NCBI GenBank assembly: GCA_051294375.1
Contig: CM119267.1
Location: 22,445,486 to 22,509,485, forward strand
Direction of reading: 5' to 3'
Source: Paraspadella gotoi
Taxonomy: Eukaryota; Animalia; Chaetognatha
Length of the DNA stretch: 64,000 nucleotides
Below the pieces are notes generated by a model. That model was not told the DNA's origin. It ran no database searches and was given only the letters and a program-made list of their open reading frames with translations. This document shows positions 1 through 13,609 of this stretch, piece by piece. The position numbers and the translations under genes were made by a program. How positions within the stretch are numbered: the stretch's first letter is position 1; each line of letters starts with the position of its first letter.

Positions 1-152
1 TTGGAACAGTGCCGGGCCCGTAGGTGTTTGGCGAATTCACCCGGGCTGCGGCAAGGCACGTTGGGCGAACAGGCGAGGCAAGAGGACCAAGGCGGCTGAG
101 TCTCGGGGCGGGGTTTTCGGGCGGCGGCGACGCCCGACGACGACGACGTCAT
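1..152 (-). CDS. VPS54: 5' part of a VPS54-like gene (GARP subunit); runs off the window
   Basis: Hand translation from ATG 152: MTSSSSGVAAARKPRPETQPPWSSCLACSPNVPCRSPGEFAKHLRARHCS. The CxxC...F..HLR..HC motif resembles, from memory, the N-terminal zinc finger of invertebrate Vps54 (HLRxxHCxxEGGSFVC). Only 50 codons are visible. Confidence 0.6.
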   Translation of the reverse strand, partial: MTSSSSGVAAARKPRPETQPPWSSCLACSPNVPCRSPGEFAKHLRARHCS

Positions 153-463
153 CGTCCGAAGAGGCGACGGCGACGGTTCATTCGAACAGAATTATATCTT
201 TCATCGGCTGAGTTAGAGGCGTGGTGTTCCAAGCATCGATTCGAGAGAAATCATAATTTTTAGAAACGGGAGACGTTTTAGGGGTCGGGAACTGTCAACG
301 TTGAAAATTATTAAAGGAACCAGAAACTCGATTGAGAAATAAATTCGAGGATGACAATAAGAAAACAAAAGAGCGCCGATGAACGAAGGCGACGACGAAA
401 AAATTAAACAGTATTCAAGGCGAAAAACCCCGAATAAAAATTGCGGGAAAAACTGTTCCTCTA

Positions 464-3400
464 TTACGAATTCACATCACTCTTCTCATCTTCCTCGTTA
501 TCATTCTCCTGCTTGCCCAGTTGCACGACGAAAGGTTCTGGATACTCGTCGGAAAAAAGGACGTGGCGCCTGATGAAGGCATCTGGCTGGTTGCGACGCT
601 TGTACTCGATCCACCGATCGCGGTTGAGGTAAAACTGGCTGTGGAACACGTAGGGCGGTTTGATAAATTCCGGAAATTCGCAGAGTTTTCCGTCGTTGAG
701 GACTAGGTCGAGATCGCTGGACGGGAGATCAAAGGAAAAATGGAACGTCGATCGGTCAGTCGTGATGGAATAATATAAAATATGTATATATATTGAATAG
801 AATAAAATTAGTAAGTTGGTAGAATGTTAATCCACTAATAAATTCATCCCGGATTAAATCATTAACTTCCTCTCACCGATATTCCTCCGTTCCGATCTCG
901 GCATCGCGTCGTGCCGGCCCAACCTCAGGTCGAGGAGCCGCGATCAAAACAGGGAAGTTGTCGTTCTCCGCCCGATACTCAACCGCGTACAGACGCTGCG
1001 TCGCATTACAGTTAAAAATTAATATTAAAAAAAGGATCCGTCAATTTAAGTCTTAAGTATTTTTTTTGTCTCTCATCTCACCATTTCGTCCGCTAACTGT
1101 TGAATGTCCTTTTGAGCCCTCAACGCACGAAAAAAGCCTTGGGTAATCGCGAGATAGTTTGTGGTGCTGTGTTCCACTCTAGCCCAGAGATCCTTTGAAG
1201 AAAAGACAAATAGTTATTGGGAGCCCGTCAACCCATTGCTCTCTAAGTTTGACAGTTTTGGTTAAACCTTGATCCCTATCGCCTGACAGATAACTTTTAA
1301 GACTCGGTGACACCGCAACCCGTGACCGCGTGGCCGGGGCTCGATGAACAGGTGACTGCCGTGAAATTTCGAGTAAGACTTGTGGAACACGGTGTGATTA
1401 TCGTACAACTTCATGTACTGAAGCCTGTTTTGAGGCGGAGGGAGGGGTTAATTAGAAAGTTAAATACTAGTGACGCATTGCATCGAAATTAAACTCAAGA
1501 ATTAAGTTTTAAAATGATTTTTCAACCTGAGAATTGCTTGATTCTTCGCCTTTCTATGCGCGTTATTTATATTATTGGACTTTCCGCGACCGAAGCCGGC
1601 CAGACCTTTCCCGTTACCCGTCACGGCGAGACAAGAGAAGGAAAAAGCCCTGAGAAATAATAGTTTCGAAGGAATTATAACGGCTCATCTCTAATAAAGT
1701 AATAAATTACAGACAAGTGTTCTTGTCTACCTTCCCACGGTTCCAGACATGTGAGATACGCGCTTTGATTGTAGGATCCACGTTTCGAAGTCTTCAAACG
1801 TCTGATCGCCTATTGATTTTCAACTTATAAAATTGGTAAAACTAATATAAAATTATTTTTATTATATTTTATTATTATATTATTATTTTATTATATTATT
1901 ATATTTCATTAGCAAAATCAAAAAAGGAAAAGACTCGCCTATGGGATCAGGCGGTCCCAGCTTTCTCCCGCCGTACTTGGCGGACGTCCAACCTCGCTCC
2001 AGCGGAGTTTGCCTCAATTTTCTCTTATTACTCTGAACGGATCTTAACTCGATCAGTTTTGCCTGCCGCTCAGGATCAGGGGGGAGCGACTGGATCTTTT
2101 GTTCCAGGTAAGCGTTGAATCCGGGAATCTGGAGGGGTGTCCTTCCCTCTCCGATTCGCTTGAGGGGTGAATAAGAATAAAAAATCTTAAAAGTATAGTT
2201 ATCTCGCCAGATCAAAAAAAATTAAGGAAAAAATCCGAAAAGAAAACGACGAATGATTGATGCGATAATGAATTATTAATGTTACAGTAAATGATTATTG
2301 ATGAAATAATAATGAATTATTGATGCGATCATAACAAATTATTGATATTATGATATCAAATTATTGATAATATTATAGGGAATCATTAATGGGGAAAACG
2401 TTTATAATGCAGTGAATCAATCAAACGAAATAAATTGAATAAAATGAATTGAATGAATAAATTCAATTTAATTTTATTTAATTATGTTTAATCTCTCTTT
2501 TTGTTATGTTTTTGAAAACAAAGAAAAACAGTTTTAAAGGTGAAGGACTCTTGTATTTTGAGTATTTATAATTAAAGATTATAAAAGAGGGTATTTGTAA
2601 AAATCTAAAAATTTAGATATAGCTTTTAAATTATTATGTTTTATACGGATTTAAAAAATCTTTGTATGAATTTCTTTCATATTATGATTTATGACAATAT
2701 GCAAATTAGAATATAATATTTACTAATTTACATATTATAATAAATCATAATTGCACATTTTATAAAAATTATTTGTAATAATTTTTATTGAAAAAAAAAT
2801 TGTAGTACTTTCAATATAAATTGTAATTTTTATATAAAAAAGCAAAACAGTAGTACAAAGAAACAATAATAAACAACGAATAAGCCCGTTTGGCGAAATA
2901 TAAAAACAATTTATATGAATTTACATATTATAGTTAATCATAATATGAAAAAAATTTTAACAAAAAATAATTAAATCCAAATAAAATATATAAATTTAAA
3001 AGCTTTTGATGATAAGATCTTAATCTTAATTTTATTTTATTATTTTTATTTTATATTAATTTTTAACAACCTACAAATATATACTTTAATAATTTTTAAT
3101 TGTCAAAAAACGTAACGACGACGTCACTAAGAAACAATAGTAAAGCATTATCTCATCTAAGACGGGCCTAGGTCCGTCTGGCGAGATAAAAAGAGGTGCG
3201 GATTAAATCATCCGTGGAAACGCATGAAATGAGCTCACCTGTCCGCGGTTAAGATCAACCCTTCTCGTTTTAGTGCCGCGCTTGCCTCGACCACCGGCTT
3301 TTCGCGCCGCGTTGCTGGACCCCTGAACGCCTTTCCACAGTTCCTTCGCGGTCTTCCGAGTGAACATTGTCTGAAAGTAAAATCCCTCGTTGGTCCATCG

Positions 3401-3676
3401 CCGCTTGGCCTTTCGCTCATCCCGCTCCCAATTCTCCGACCAGTGACCTTCCCCGCGACGCTGGATCGGGCCGAGGAGACCGGAGGAGAAAGTGGAGGCG
3501 ATTCTCGTCGGAGCCGCGGACCAGAGGTTGTTTCCAGATCCGGAGGCATCGGGGCTGAACGAATGAAAGAGTCGACAAAGGGCGGGGCTCGTTGATAGAG
3601 TTTTCCTGATCACCCACGGGGTGCGATCGCCCAAAGTGCTCGTCAGAGGGAGACGAGTCAAGAGTTTTGAGGTCAT
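464..3676 (-). CDS. MRPS5: Mitochondrial ribosomal protein S5 (uS5m)
   Basis: Exons 3676-3239 (possibly split by an intron ending at 3371), 2158-1939, 1809-1731, 1649-1527, 1424-1268, 1192-1082, 995-877, 716-464. Motifs TAKELWKGV, DLNRGQRIGEG, LERGWTS...GRKLGPPDP, AVTGNGKGLAGFGRGK, GHGLRCHRVLKVICQAIGIKDLWA. The N-terminus looks like a mitochondrial targeting peptide. Confidence 0.93.
2199..3189. mobile_element. Candidate non-autonomous element (MITE/HINE-like) occupying most of the long MRPS5 intron
   Basis: Perfect 13-bp inverted repeat TTATCTCGCCAGA (2199-2211) / TCTGGCGAGATAA (3177-3189). Terminal hairpin at 3148-3189. AT-rich interior with degenerate AATTATTGAT repeats at about 2255-2390. 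Confidence 0.4.
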
Positions 3677-6474
3677 CTCTACTTTAGTCAGCGACCTTGG
3701 TCGGAAGGGGGGACGTTCTTTGTTTCGGGATTTCAACAACGAAAAAAATAAGATGAAATAATAACCAAAAAAGTGAATATTGTAATTTGTAATTCAACAT
3801 GTGGTCACGAGAGGAATGTAGTTTTGACATTCAAGCACGGAAACATTGAGCAGTTGTTTAATGAAGAAATTACGCCGAGCGTCAATGCTAAGCCGATATA
3901 TTTTTTTTATTAATTTTTTTGGGGCAAATATTTTGATTTCTAGTGTCTATTTGATAATCAAGAACAAATTTTGAAGAATTCAATTCCTCTTAATATATGT
4001 ACATACTGAGTAAAAGCTCGGTAGAACCAACGAATTCTATAATCAAGTTCTGTGCCTACACCTTAATAATTTACTAATAGATGGAGATTGTAGAATGTAG
4101 ATTTTATATAAAAACGAGACTCTTGGAAAGGCCAAATTTCCTCCAGGTAGTGTATTTTTAGTGACCAAGTGTTGATTTTTACTTTACTTTCCCAATTAAG
4201 GTACAATTGAGCGATTATTTGGGTGCTTTTCGAATAAGAATATACAGACAACTGCTAATGATTTGCTCGGGCAGAAATTAAAGGTTAAAGAGAAAATATG
4301 ATTTTACTTTTAATACTTAACTAAAATTCCGTTTACTTACATAACTAAAAACCCGTTAATTTAACAATCATAAGGATTAAATTCATTTCGATATCACATT
4401 AAACGTCGTCTGTTCAATAACGGTTTTGGTGAAAATACCCAACCCAAATTGTGCGAGTGCTTCGAATTTTTTTAATTAAGCTTATTTGTATACGTAAACG
4501 TGGAAGATTATTTAAAAAGTCTGTTAATTACGCAACATTCTTGGCTTTTCTGACGTGATTTTAAGTGCACGATATAGTATTAATGGCCGTATTCCTCCCA
4601 ACGTATTTTCTGCAACAGTGACTGCTAAGTTCAGACTTAATAGTCATAATATTAGTAACTGATAATCGTCGAAACCGTGAAATTATATATATAAGCAACA
4701 AATAGGCCTGGGGTTTTCTATCGGAAAGTAATGCTTGCTATAGCTTACTTCTGTAAGCTATACTAGGATTTCTGAAAAAACAACATTTAACATAGAAAAA
4801 TCGTATCACCAAACGAGTTTTAAAAGTAAAGAAGCTCTAAAAGGGATTCTAAAACAGCTAAAACAAATTAAACCACCAGTATTAAGATATGACACCGTGG
4901 TCGGTAAAAATATCTTTGACAAAGAATACTTACAATATTCTAAAAATAGTTATCTATTAATCGAAACGGACATGAGATTATTATTGTACGCTTAAGTTTT
5001 AGCTAAAGGATATATTAAATGGTTATTATATGAGAGGATAACTATACCTAATCGTACTATTAATAAAAAGTAAAAGCCATTCTAAAGGTCCAAATTATAT
5101 ATCTTTAAAAGCGTTTTGCATTTATAAATATAATATATTATATTAAAAATAAGAAGAAAAAACTATTTCGCACAACTAGATTTAACAATCAGATATGGTT
5201 GATACAAGTCTGTCGTCCCTCATTCAACAAAACAAGAAAATACTAACTAAAAAGTAAAACCACTGATATGATCAGTTTTGTGGTATTCCTTTGGCTTTTT
5301 GTTGTTAATGACATAAGCAGAACTTAAAAGCTGCAGGAGTTAGTGATTTAAACCATGTTAGTGACCAGGATGACAGATCATGCCCAGGACCAATTTTAAA
5401 GAGAATCTCTTTAACTTTGAGACCGATGTCATGGAATACCGTCATTTTGCTTTAAAAAATAATTGGACAGTGATTTTTGCAAAGATTAAGAGCAAGGGTA
5501 TTAAACTGTTTCGAATTAAATCAGTAATTTACTGAGTTATCACGTGAAAATATTACCAGAAAGGTTTATAGAAAGACGAAGGATTGCGGAGAGAGTTAGA
5601 GAGAAAAAATAGCGAAAAAATGTTAAGTATATTGGAATGGTAACTGGAAACGCATCTAAAACGATAAACTACAGGCCTTTGACTCGTTCATTTCAACCAA
5701 CTAGAACTAATAGAGATAAACAAAAAGACCTAATGTCATGAAAATTTTCTCAACGAAATTCGGTAAAGAATAAAAAAATACACAATCAAAGTATAAGGCA
5801 AAGATTAGGCGTTCCAAAGGAAAGATTCCTCGTGATAATCATAGTTTAGAGCGAAATCACGGATGAGAATGGCGAAATTCCGAGGAAGTGATTAGCTAAA
5901 AATGAATTCTGGGAACACTTCCGATAATCCTCCACTTTGGGGGGGACAATGAAATATTAAACTATTAAAAAAATTTCTAGAAAGACCGTTATGAGTGCAA
6001 GGGCAAAGGAGATGAGATTATGGTTTTTGAGGAATATACAGAAGATATACATATTGTTGACCGGACCCTGAAACGCTTCTAAAAATATTATAGTGAGATC
6101 GTGAAAGAAGATAAAAACAAAAGGCTAACAAAAAAAGAGGGAGAGATCGAATCTCTTCTTAAACGAACGAATTTAGTCTATTTTAATTACTCATTTAGCG
6201 ACGACGTAGTGAATAACAATAACAAAACAAAACAGTAATTTCCCCAAGTGGAAACTCCCTCCAAAAAATCGGAATGAAATAAAAGTTTAAAAACTGGAAA
6301 AAATATTCTCATCGAGTAAGACAAATCCCGTTTCTCTCTCTCGCCTATGAGTAGCACCCGGCCGACGAACGCGTCAAGAAGAGAGAAGAATATGAAAAAA
6401 ATTCCCTAAGAGAAAAAAGAAGAAAAAAGAGAAAGTAAACCGAGAGAAAGACTAGAGGTGTGTACGTGAGAGCC

Positions 6475-8729
6475 TTAGCGGCTGTCATGGCGACGGCGTC
6501 GACGAGGAGTCTCCGTCGACGCCGCCGTTAATGCCGTGATATGATCGAGGAGGACGACGACGACGCGCGGGAGGAGGACGGCGGAAAGGGCGGCGACAGC
6601 GAGCGCGTTGCTTCCCGGCGCCGACGACGTCGAAGAGGACGATCGAGTGTCCTGGGATTGGGCGCCGGCGCTTCCGTCGCGGGCGGATCCTCCGGACGTC
6701 CCGCCGCCGGCGTCGTTGGTCAACGCCGACACTTGATAGAGTTCGATCTCCGTGGAGGCGCTGCCCAAGTCGTTTTTGGCGTGACAAGAGTACATACCGT
6801 AGTCCTTCTCGTCGATATATCTGAATGAGTGAGGGAGGGTAAAAATTTAGAATTCGGAATATTTCACAGCACAAGTGATGTGGTAATCGTGACCTGACGG
6901 TGAGGCGCGTGTGGGTCTCGTCGTTGGCGTGAGCCGAGGCTTCGATCTCGTGCTTCTCGTTGTTGGAGATTTCGACGACGCGGCGGGAAATCAGATCCAC
7001 CACGTGGAACCACCGGATGACAGGACTTGGAAACGCGTCAACCTTTATAGACGTCAATGGCATAACGAAACGTGAGAAAAGAACTTAATGAAAAGAGCAA
7101 AAGCGATCACCGATACACTTATTTCCCCCCTCAAACTGATTTTCCTCACCTGGCATTCGAGTTGGGCATTGAGCCCCATGCCCTGTCCTACCATGGGCTC
7201 GAAGGAAGCGACGATTGGTTTAAACTGGACCTTAACGTTTATGTGGCGGCGCGTGCCGGGACCCACGTTATTTGTCGCCACGCACACGTAAGTCCCGCGG
7301 TCTTCCTTCTTGACGCTCGGCAGCGTCAAAACCTCACCCTGAGGGGGTGACGCGGAAGAAATGTGCCGTGCGGGTGGGTAACAGAAGGAAAGGAAAAGGG
7401 GCGGAAAAAGGAGGGAAAAAATTAATGGTGGAACCCGTTTAGAAAAACTCTCCGCTTGTAAACTAATCGAAAACGCTGCGATACAGAAAAGCTCCATTTT
7501 TATTTTGTTTCGGCTTTTTTTTTATCTTCAAAGAGAATATGAGTGAATCGATTCAATGTAGCCATTGTGTGAGATTAATTTTAATCTGACTTCAAGAAAA
7601 TAGTGCAAAGGTGCTTTGTTTTTTTTTCGTTCAACTTTAATAAGTCGATTGTAACGGTGAAGAAAGATTGTACTTTTTAATCCGATATGAGACTGACAGA
7701 ATTTAGTTAGACTATTATTGAAAAAGTAGTGCCATTTTTTTTTAAACACAGCGAGAAGATTCTTTGAAGAAGACAGAAAAGAAAGAGCAAAGCTAAATTC
7801 GAAAAAAAAGAAGAATAAAACCCGCAACCATGATTATTACATTCAAACGCGGCTGGAAACAAACCTGGTCTGGAATATTGCTTCACTAAACACTTTAAAA
7901 AATAAAACGAAATGAAAAACACGTTCGTTAGGAATGAACCGGGGTTAATTAATGTGGGGACAAAATCCGAATTATCATAAAATAAATAAATATAGAAGAC
8001 AAAGAATAACAAGGTAAAAACAACTTCTCAGTCCTCACCGAGTGGCTGTAAGAATCGGCAAAAGGGAGTGGGGCGCCACTGGCACGGGTCCACCGAATTA
8101 TTGGCTGCGGGAATCCAGTCGCGTTGCATATCAACGTCACGTCGTTTCCCTCATCCACGGTCTGGTGGCCAAAAAGAGGTGAGGGGGGACGAAAAAAAAG
8201 GTTCGTTTGCCAGAAATGACCTTACGCAGAAAGAAAAAGAGCGATGGCCGACCTGGTCCTGGCTAGTGGCCGGGTAATCGAGTATGACCGGCTCGGAAAG
8301 AACGTTGAGTGAAAACTTGAGTTGTTTGGGAGATTTCGTGGAGATGGAGCAGATGTAGTCTCCGCGATCGTCATCGTTGGCCTGAAAAACAAAAATAAGT
8401 ATTAATATGCGACGAATTTAATTATGACCAAATGAAGAAGAACCTGTTGAACGGTGAGCGACCAAGTGCCGCTCCTCCTGTCCCTATCGATCGAATATCT
8501 CTCGGCCTCATCAGGTGACCAAATCTCCGTCCCGACGGTCAAAGTCTTCGGCGCCTCTTTGCCGCTTAGCTTGATGAAGGTCACGCGGTATGGGCCTGCA
8601 TGTGGAAACCGTGGATAAAAGTTGGAAGAGAAAAGAACAACTTTAAAACCCATTAACCGAGGAAATAATTAATCAAATTAATGATTTATTTAGTAATTTA
8701 TTTCATTCTGTCTTTGTCTGCTTGTGTCC

Positions 8730-8801
<72 letters not shown>

Positions 8802-9042
8802 GACTACTATCACTAATTCACGGATCTTATCTCTGTCGCACTACTTTCTCACCCAAATTGCTGATGGGGCAGTCAAGGGTGACCGAGTTTCCTGACTTGA
8901 CGCTGAGAATGAGTTCGGTTCCAGGGGATACGTTGAACGAAGGACCGGAAGTGACGGGCGACGCGGGGCCGACGTCCGCTTTACTAATCGACCGCCAAGA
9001 TACAAGAATGAGGAGGAACAAAGGAAAGGAAGACGACGACAT
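6475..9042 (-). CDS. Lachesin/Amalgam/DIP-like cell-surface protein with signal peptide and three Ig domains
   Basis: Six GT-AG-joined exons (approx. 9042-8853, 8595-8444, 8381-8253, 8161-8038, 7338-7150, 7042-6893) plus a final exon 6820-6475. Signal peptide MSSSSFPLFLLILVSW. Ig motifs VTLDC...DRGDYIC, VTLICNATGFPQPIIRW...DRGTYVC, LECQVDAFPSPVIRW...DYGMYSC. Ser/Gly-rich stalk and hydrophobic tail. Confidence 0.85.
8731..8798. repeat. (CT)n/(GA)n microsatellite in intron 1 of the Ig gene
   Basis: Uninterrupted TC dinucleotide run. Confidence 0.95.
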
Positions 9043-11453
9043 CGCGGGAAAATGGGGGGGAGGAGGGAATGGAAGGGAAAGGGGGGAGAGGAAGGGGGGA
9101 CGATCGCGAGAAGAGAGAGAAAAAGGGTCGAATTTGTCTTGAGTTTCTTGGGAATATGAGCGAGTGTTTCAAAAAGGATGAACGAGCGATTGGGCTTTAG
9201 TTCTTTGTTTCAATAGGGAAGCGACTTCATAGCGTTTTTTTAAAAGTTTTTTATTTATCTTTTTTTACTCCATGTTTCTAAAAGAAAGAATCAGCTAAGC
9301 AGGATTCATACACGTGATACAACGAATGTCTTGACGAAAAGGTCGAGGAGGCGAATATTCCAGATTTTTTTAAGACAAGTTTTCTTCCTACTAACTGACA
9401 CAAAAAAGGAAATATCATAAATCAAAATTATTACTAACAAGCTCCTTTGACTGGGAATGTTACTCTTGATATAGAATTATATAAGATCAACAATTCAACC
9501 TTAAAGCTTAAGCATATTATACAAAAAAGTTGAATATGTAAATAATAATTTGTTTTAGTTTTTTTTTGTGTCAGAGGGTAGGTCGCACGTCTTTTTCCTT
9601 CGTTTCTTCCGATCAAGGTGATCGATAAAGTTGCCAATTGCCTACATAGCTATCCTCCTCGAGATTAACAAGACACCTAATCAAACGTGCCAAAAATAAA
9701 CAGACATTAATTGTTACAGACGGATAATAAAATGCTTAAAAGTGAACATCCGGAATTTGTGGAAAAACCCATATCCTGACAAGCACAATGTTTGCCAATG
9801 TTTCTGTTAAAGATGTAAAAAAATTTTACAGGCAAGGAGTAAGTGACTTAGGGGCGAAAAAAAAAAATAATATCATGCTCTTTTTTTGGTTGTTGTCAAC
9901 ATCTCATTGCTCCTAAGGCACCTTTTACAATGTGTCTCGTTAACTAATGCAGGTCCTTAAACATGGCATATAGATTTGAATAGAAAACGATTAGGAAGAT
10001 TGTTCGGGTGGAGGACAGCACCAAAATACGCGAGTGCCTTCTTTTTCAGAGCGCGACTTTGCGGTTAATTCCGACTTTTATTATTATAGAAAAATATACC
10101 CTTACGAAAAGCGGAACTTAAAAGAGCATATCGCTGTGCAAACCTTAAATGACAATAACGCTGAGGGTTGGAATAAAAACTAGTTAACAATAAATCAATA
10201 TGCATGAAAACGATAGACCAGAAGAAATTATCTCCCTTGAGCGGGGGTAGGTATCAAGAAAGTAATAATTCTTTTTTTTTTACGAATTTTGATTCGTTCG
10301 ACGTTAAATTTACTAAAGAAATGTGAATATCACTATGAAATGTCGAAAGTGTAATAACGGTAAGGCTAATCTCAAACGTTAATTTAATTGGTGAGAGCTT
10401 TAAAGCTTACGATGAAGATGACGTCGGAAGACAAGGTTCGTTACTTATCATTTTTATATATTATATTATATTATCATTCCCCTTACATTTCCGGATGGCT
10501 CCAGGATATAACCTGGTACAAGCATATTCTACGATATGCATGACAGTTCTGAAACGAACGGTTCAGAACATTACATGAATATAATAAATCTGTTTACTTA
10601 ATAAAAGAACGTTGTGGATTCTTTTGAACTGATGTTAAAGCAGGATCATATAAGACATTTCATTCCAAGACAACGAAACAATTATTTTATAGTTTTTACT
10701 TACACACACACTAATAGATTGTCATACATGATACATATTATAAAAAATCATGATTGAGATCTAAATTAGTAGTTTTTCCTGATACCGTCAAAATGAGCAA
10801 AAACTAAATATGGTGACCTATCAGTCTCTGAAAATATTTAAAGAATAGAAAAAAATTAAATTTAATAACTAAAAACCTATTTGAAATATCTGAATCAAAA
10901 GTCTGCGTGCTAGAAGTTGACAAAGTTTTGAAATTCGATAATACTAACACGATCACTATACTAAAACGTTATAATAATACGTTGATTCACTAGTGGTCAT
11001 GATAAACAAACATGAATCATGTTAAAGCAGTAATATTACGAACCGAACATCGAGTAATTTTTTTTTAAAGCCTATGATATAAATAAGACGAATCATCACC
11101 AAAGGGAAAAAAAAACCCAAAAGAAATTTAGCCAACTTCAATAGGAGTGCGATTAACGAAAAAAAAAAATCAATTGAAGCGTTAAACGGCTTTGCTATTC
11201 TACTACGTTAATCGTTATGGCAAATATCGCGTAGAGAGGGGGTAGGGGGGGGCTTTCATGAAATACACGCGATCGTCGCGTTTATTCTTTCTTTTTTGTT
11301 GTTGTTCTTTGGTATATCATGGTAGGTTCCTTTCACGTCACCGATTCGAAAGGAACGATGGTAAGAACATTAACAAGAAATAATACCGACTGCCAGCGTA
11401 ATAAAGTCTCTCGTCTCAACGGGAGTGCCTGTACAAAGTGAGAATATGGCCAG

Positions 11454-11505
<52 letters not shown>

Positions 11506-11815
11506 AGAGAGGATTGGGAAATAGTAGCAGGAGAAAAAAATAGGGGGGTGGGGGAAAAAAAAACAAAAAAAAAAAACCGGTCGATACACGCGAAGTGTTT
11601 TTCGTTATCGCGAGGTTTTTTGTGTATTCGTCCATAAATTTGATCCCTTTTGATCAACATTGTTAATTTTTTGGTATATTTATATATGTATATCACTTGG
11701 GCGCGTGCGTGTTTTGGTTTTCTCGTTCTCAATCTCTTTCTCTCTCTCTCTCTCTTACACACAAACACGACTACGTTAACCTTCTTCATAGTTCAACATT
11801 CTACCTCTTCCTTTC

Positions 11816-12921
<1,106 letters not shown>

Positions 12922-13609
12922 GACGTCTTAACGTAAATAGTTTCTCTCTCCTTTTATCTTAGCAGCGTGGGGACGGGGGGCGAGGGGGTAAGAGCGAACC
13001 GCGCTTATTATTTTTAAAGCTCAGCGATGATGATTCTTCGTTTCAATTTTTTTTTCAATAATCCGTTTCACGTCGAATCGTTTTTTTAATTTATTTATTT
13101 AATTTTTTTGGGGGTTTGGCGACGACGTTATAGTTGCGCCGAGTTTCACGGCGAGAATTCCATCATAGAGTCTTTGGTTTTTGCAAAGAGGATCAAATCC
13201 GAAAGACATTCGGAGAAGAGGGCGCAACGTTTCCACCTTTTTCATAAACGAAAAATGCGTCTGCGCCCGCCTAAAATTCCCGGAGACATTACTTTTGACG
13301 ACGGCCCCGAACTTCAGCTACGGGGAGCAAACCGTAAACAGTTTTCTTAACAATTTTGGGCTTTGAATTCTGAAAACGAAAATGCGCAAAAATGAGGTTT
13401 AAAAGCGGAATTAGTTGGTCCTATTATATTTTTTAACATCGTCAAGAGAAAGCAAACAAAAACGTTTTGTAAATAGATTTAGCTTTCGACTAACGAGGCA
13501 CATCAATCTCGGTCGATTATCGACAGGAAGGCAAAAACGCTAGAGTTCCTGTGAACAACAATTGAGTTTCGCGCCGATTTATAAACTTTCCCAGCTTTCA
13601 CTGAATACA

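Noticed and set aside
2255-2390. Periodic AATTATTGAT units resembling a repeat-spacer array
   Set aside because: A degenerate intronic minisatellite in a eukaryote; no constant repeats with unique spacers and no cas genes.
3780-6300. AT-rich spacer (also 9200-11300) examined for transposase or RNA genes
   Set aside because: No recognisable coding remnants, tRNA, rRNA or snRNA motifs by eye.
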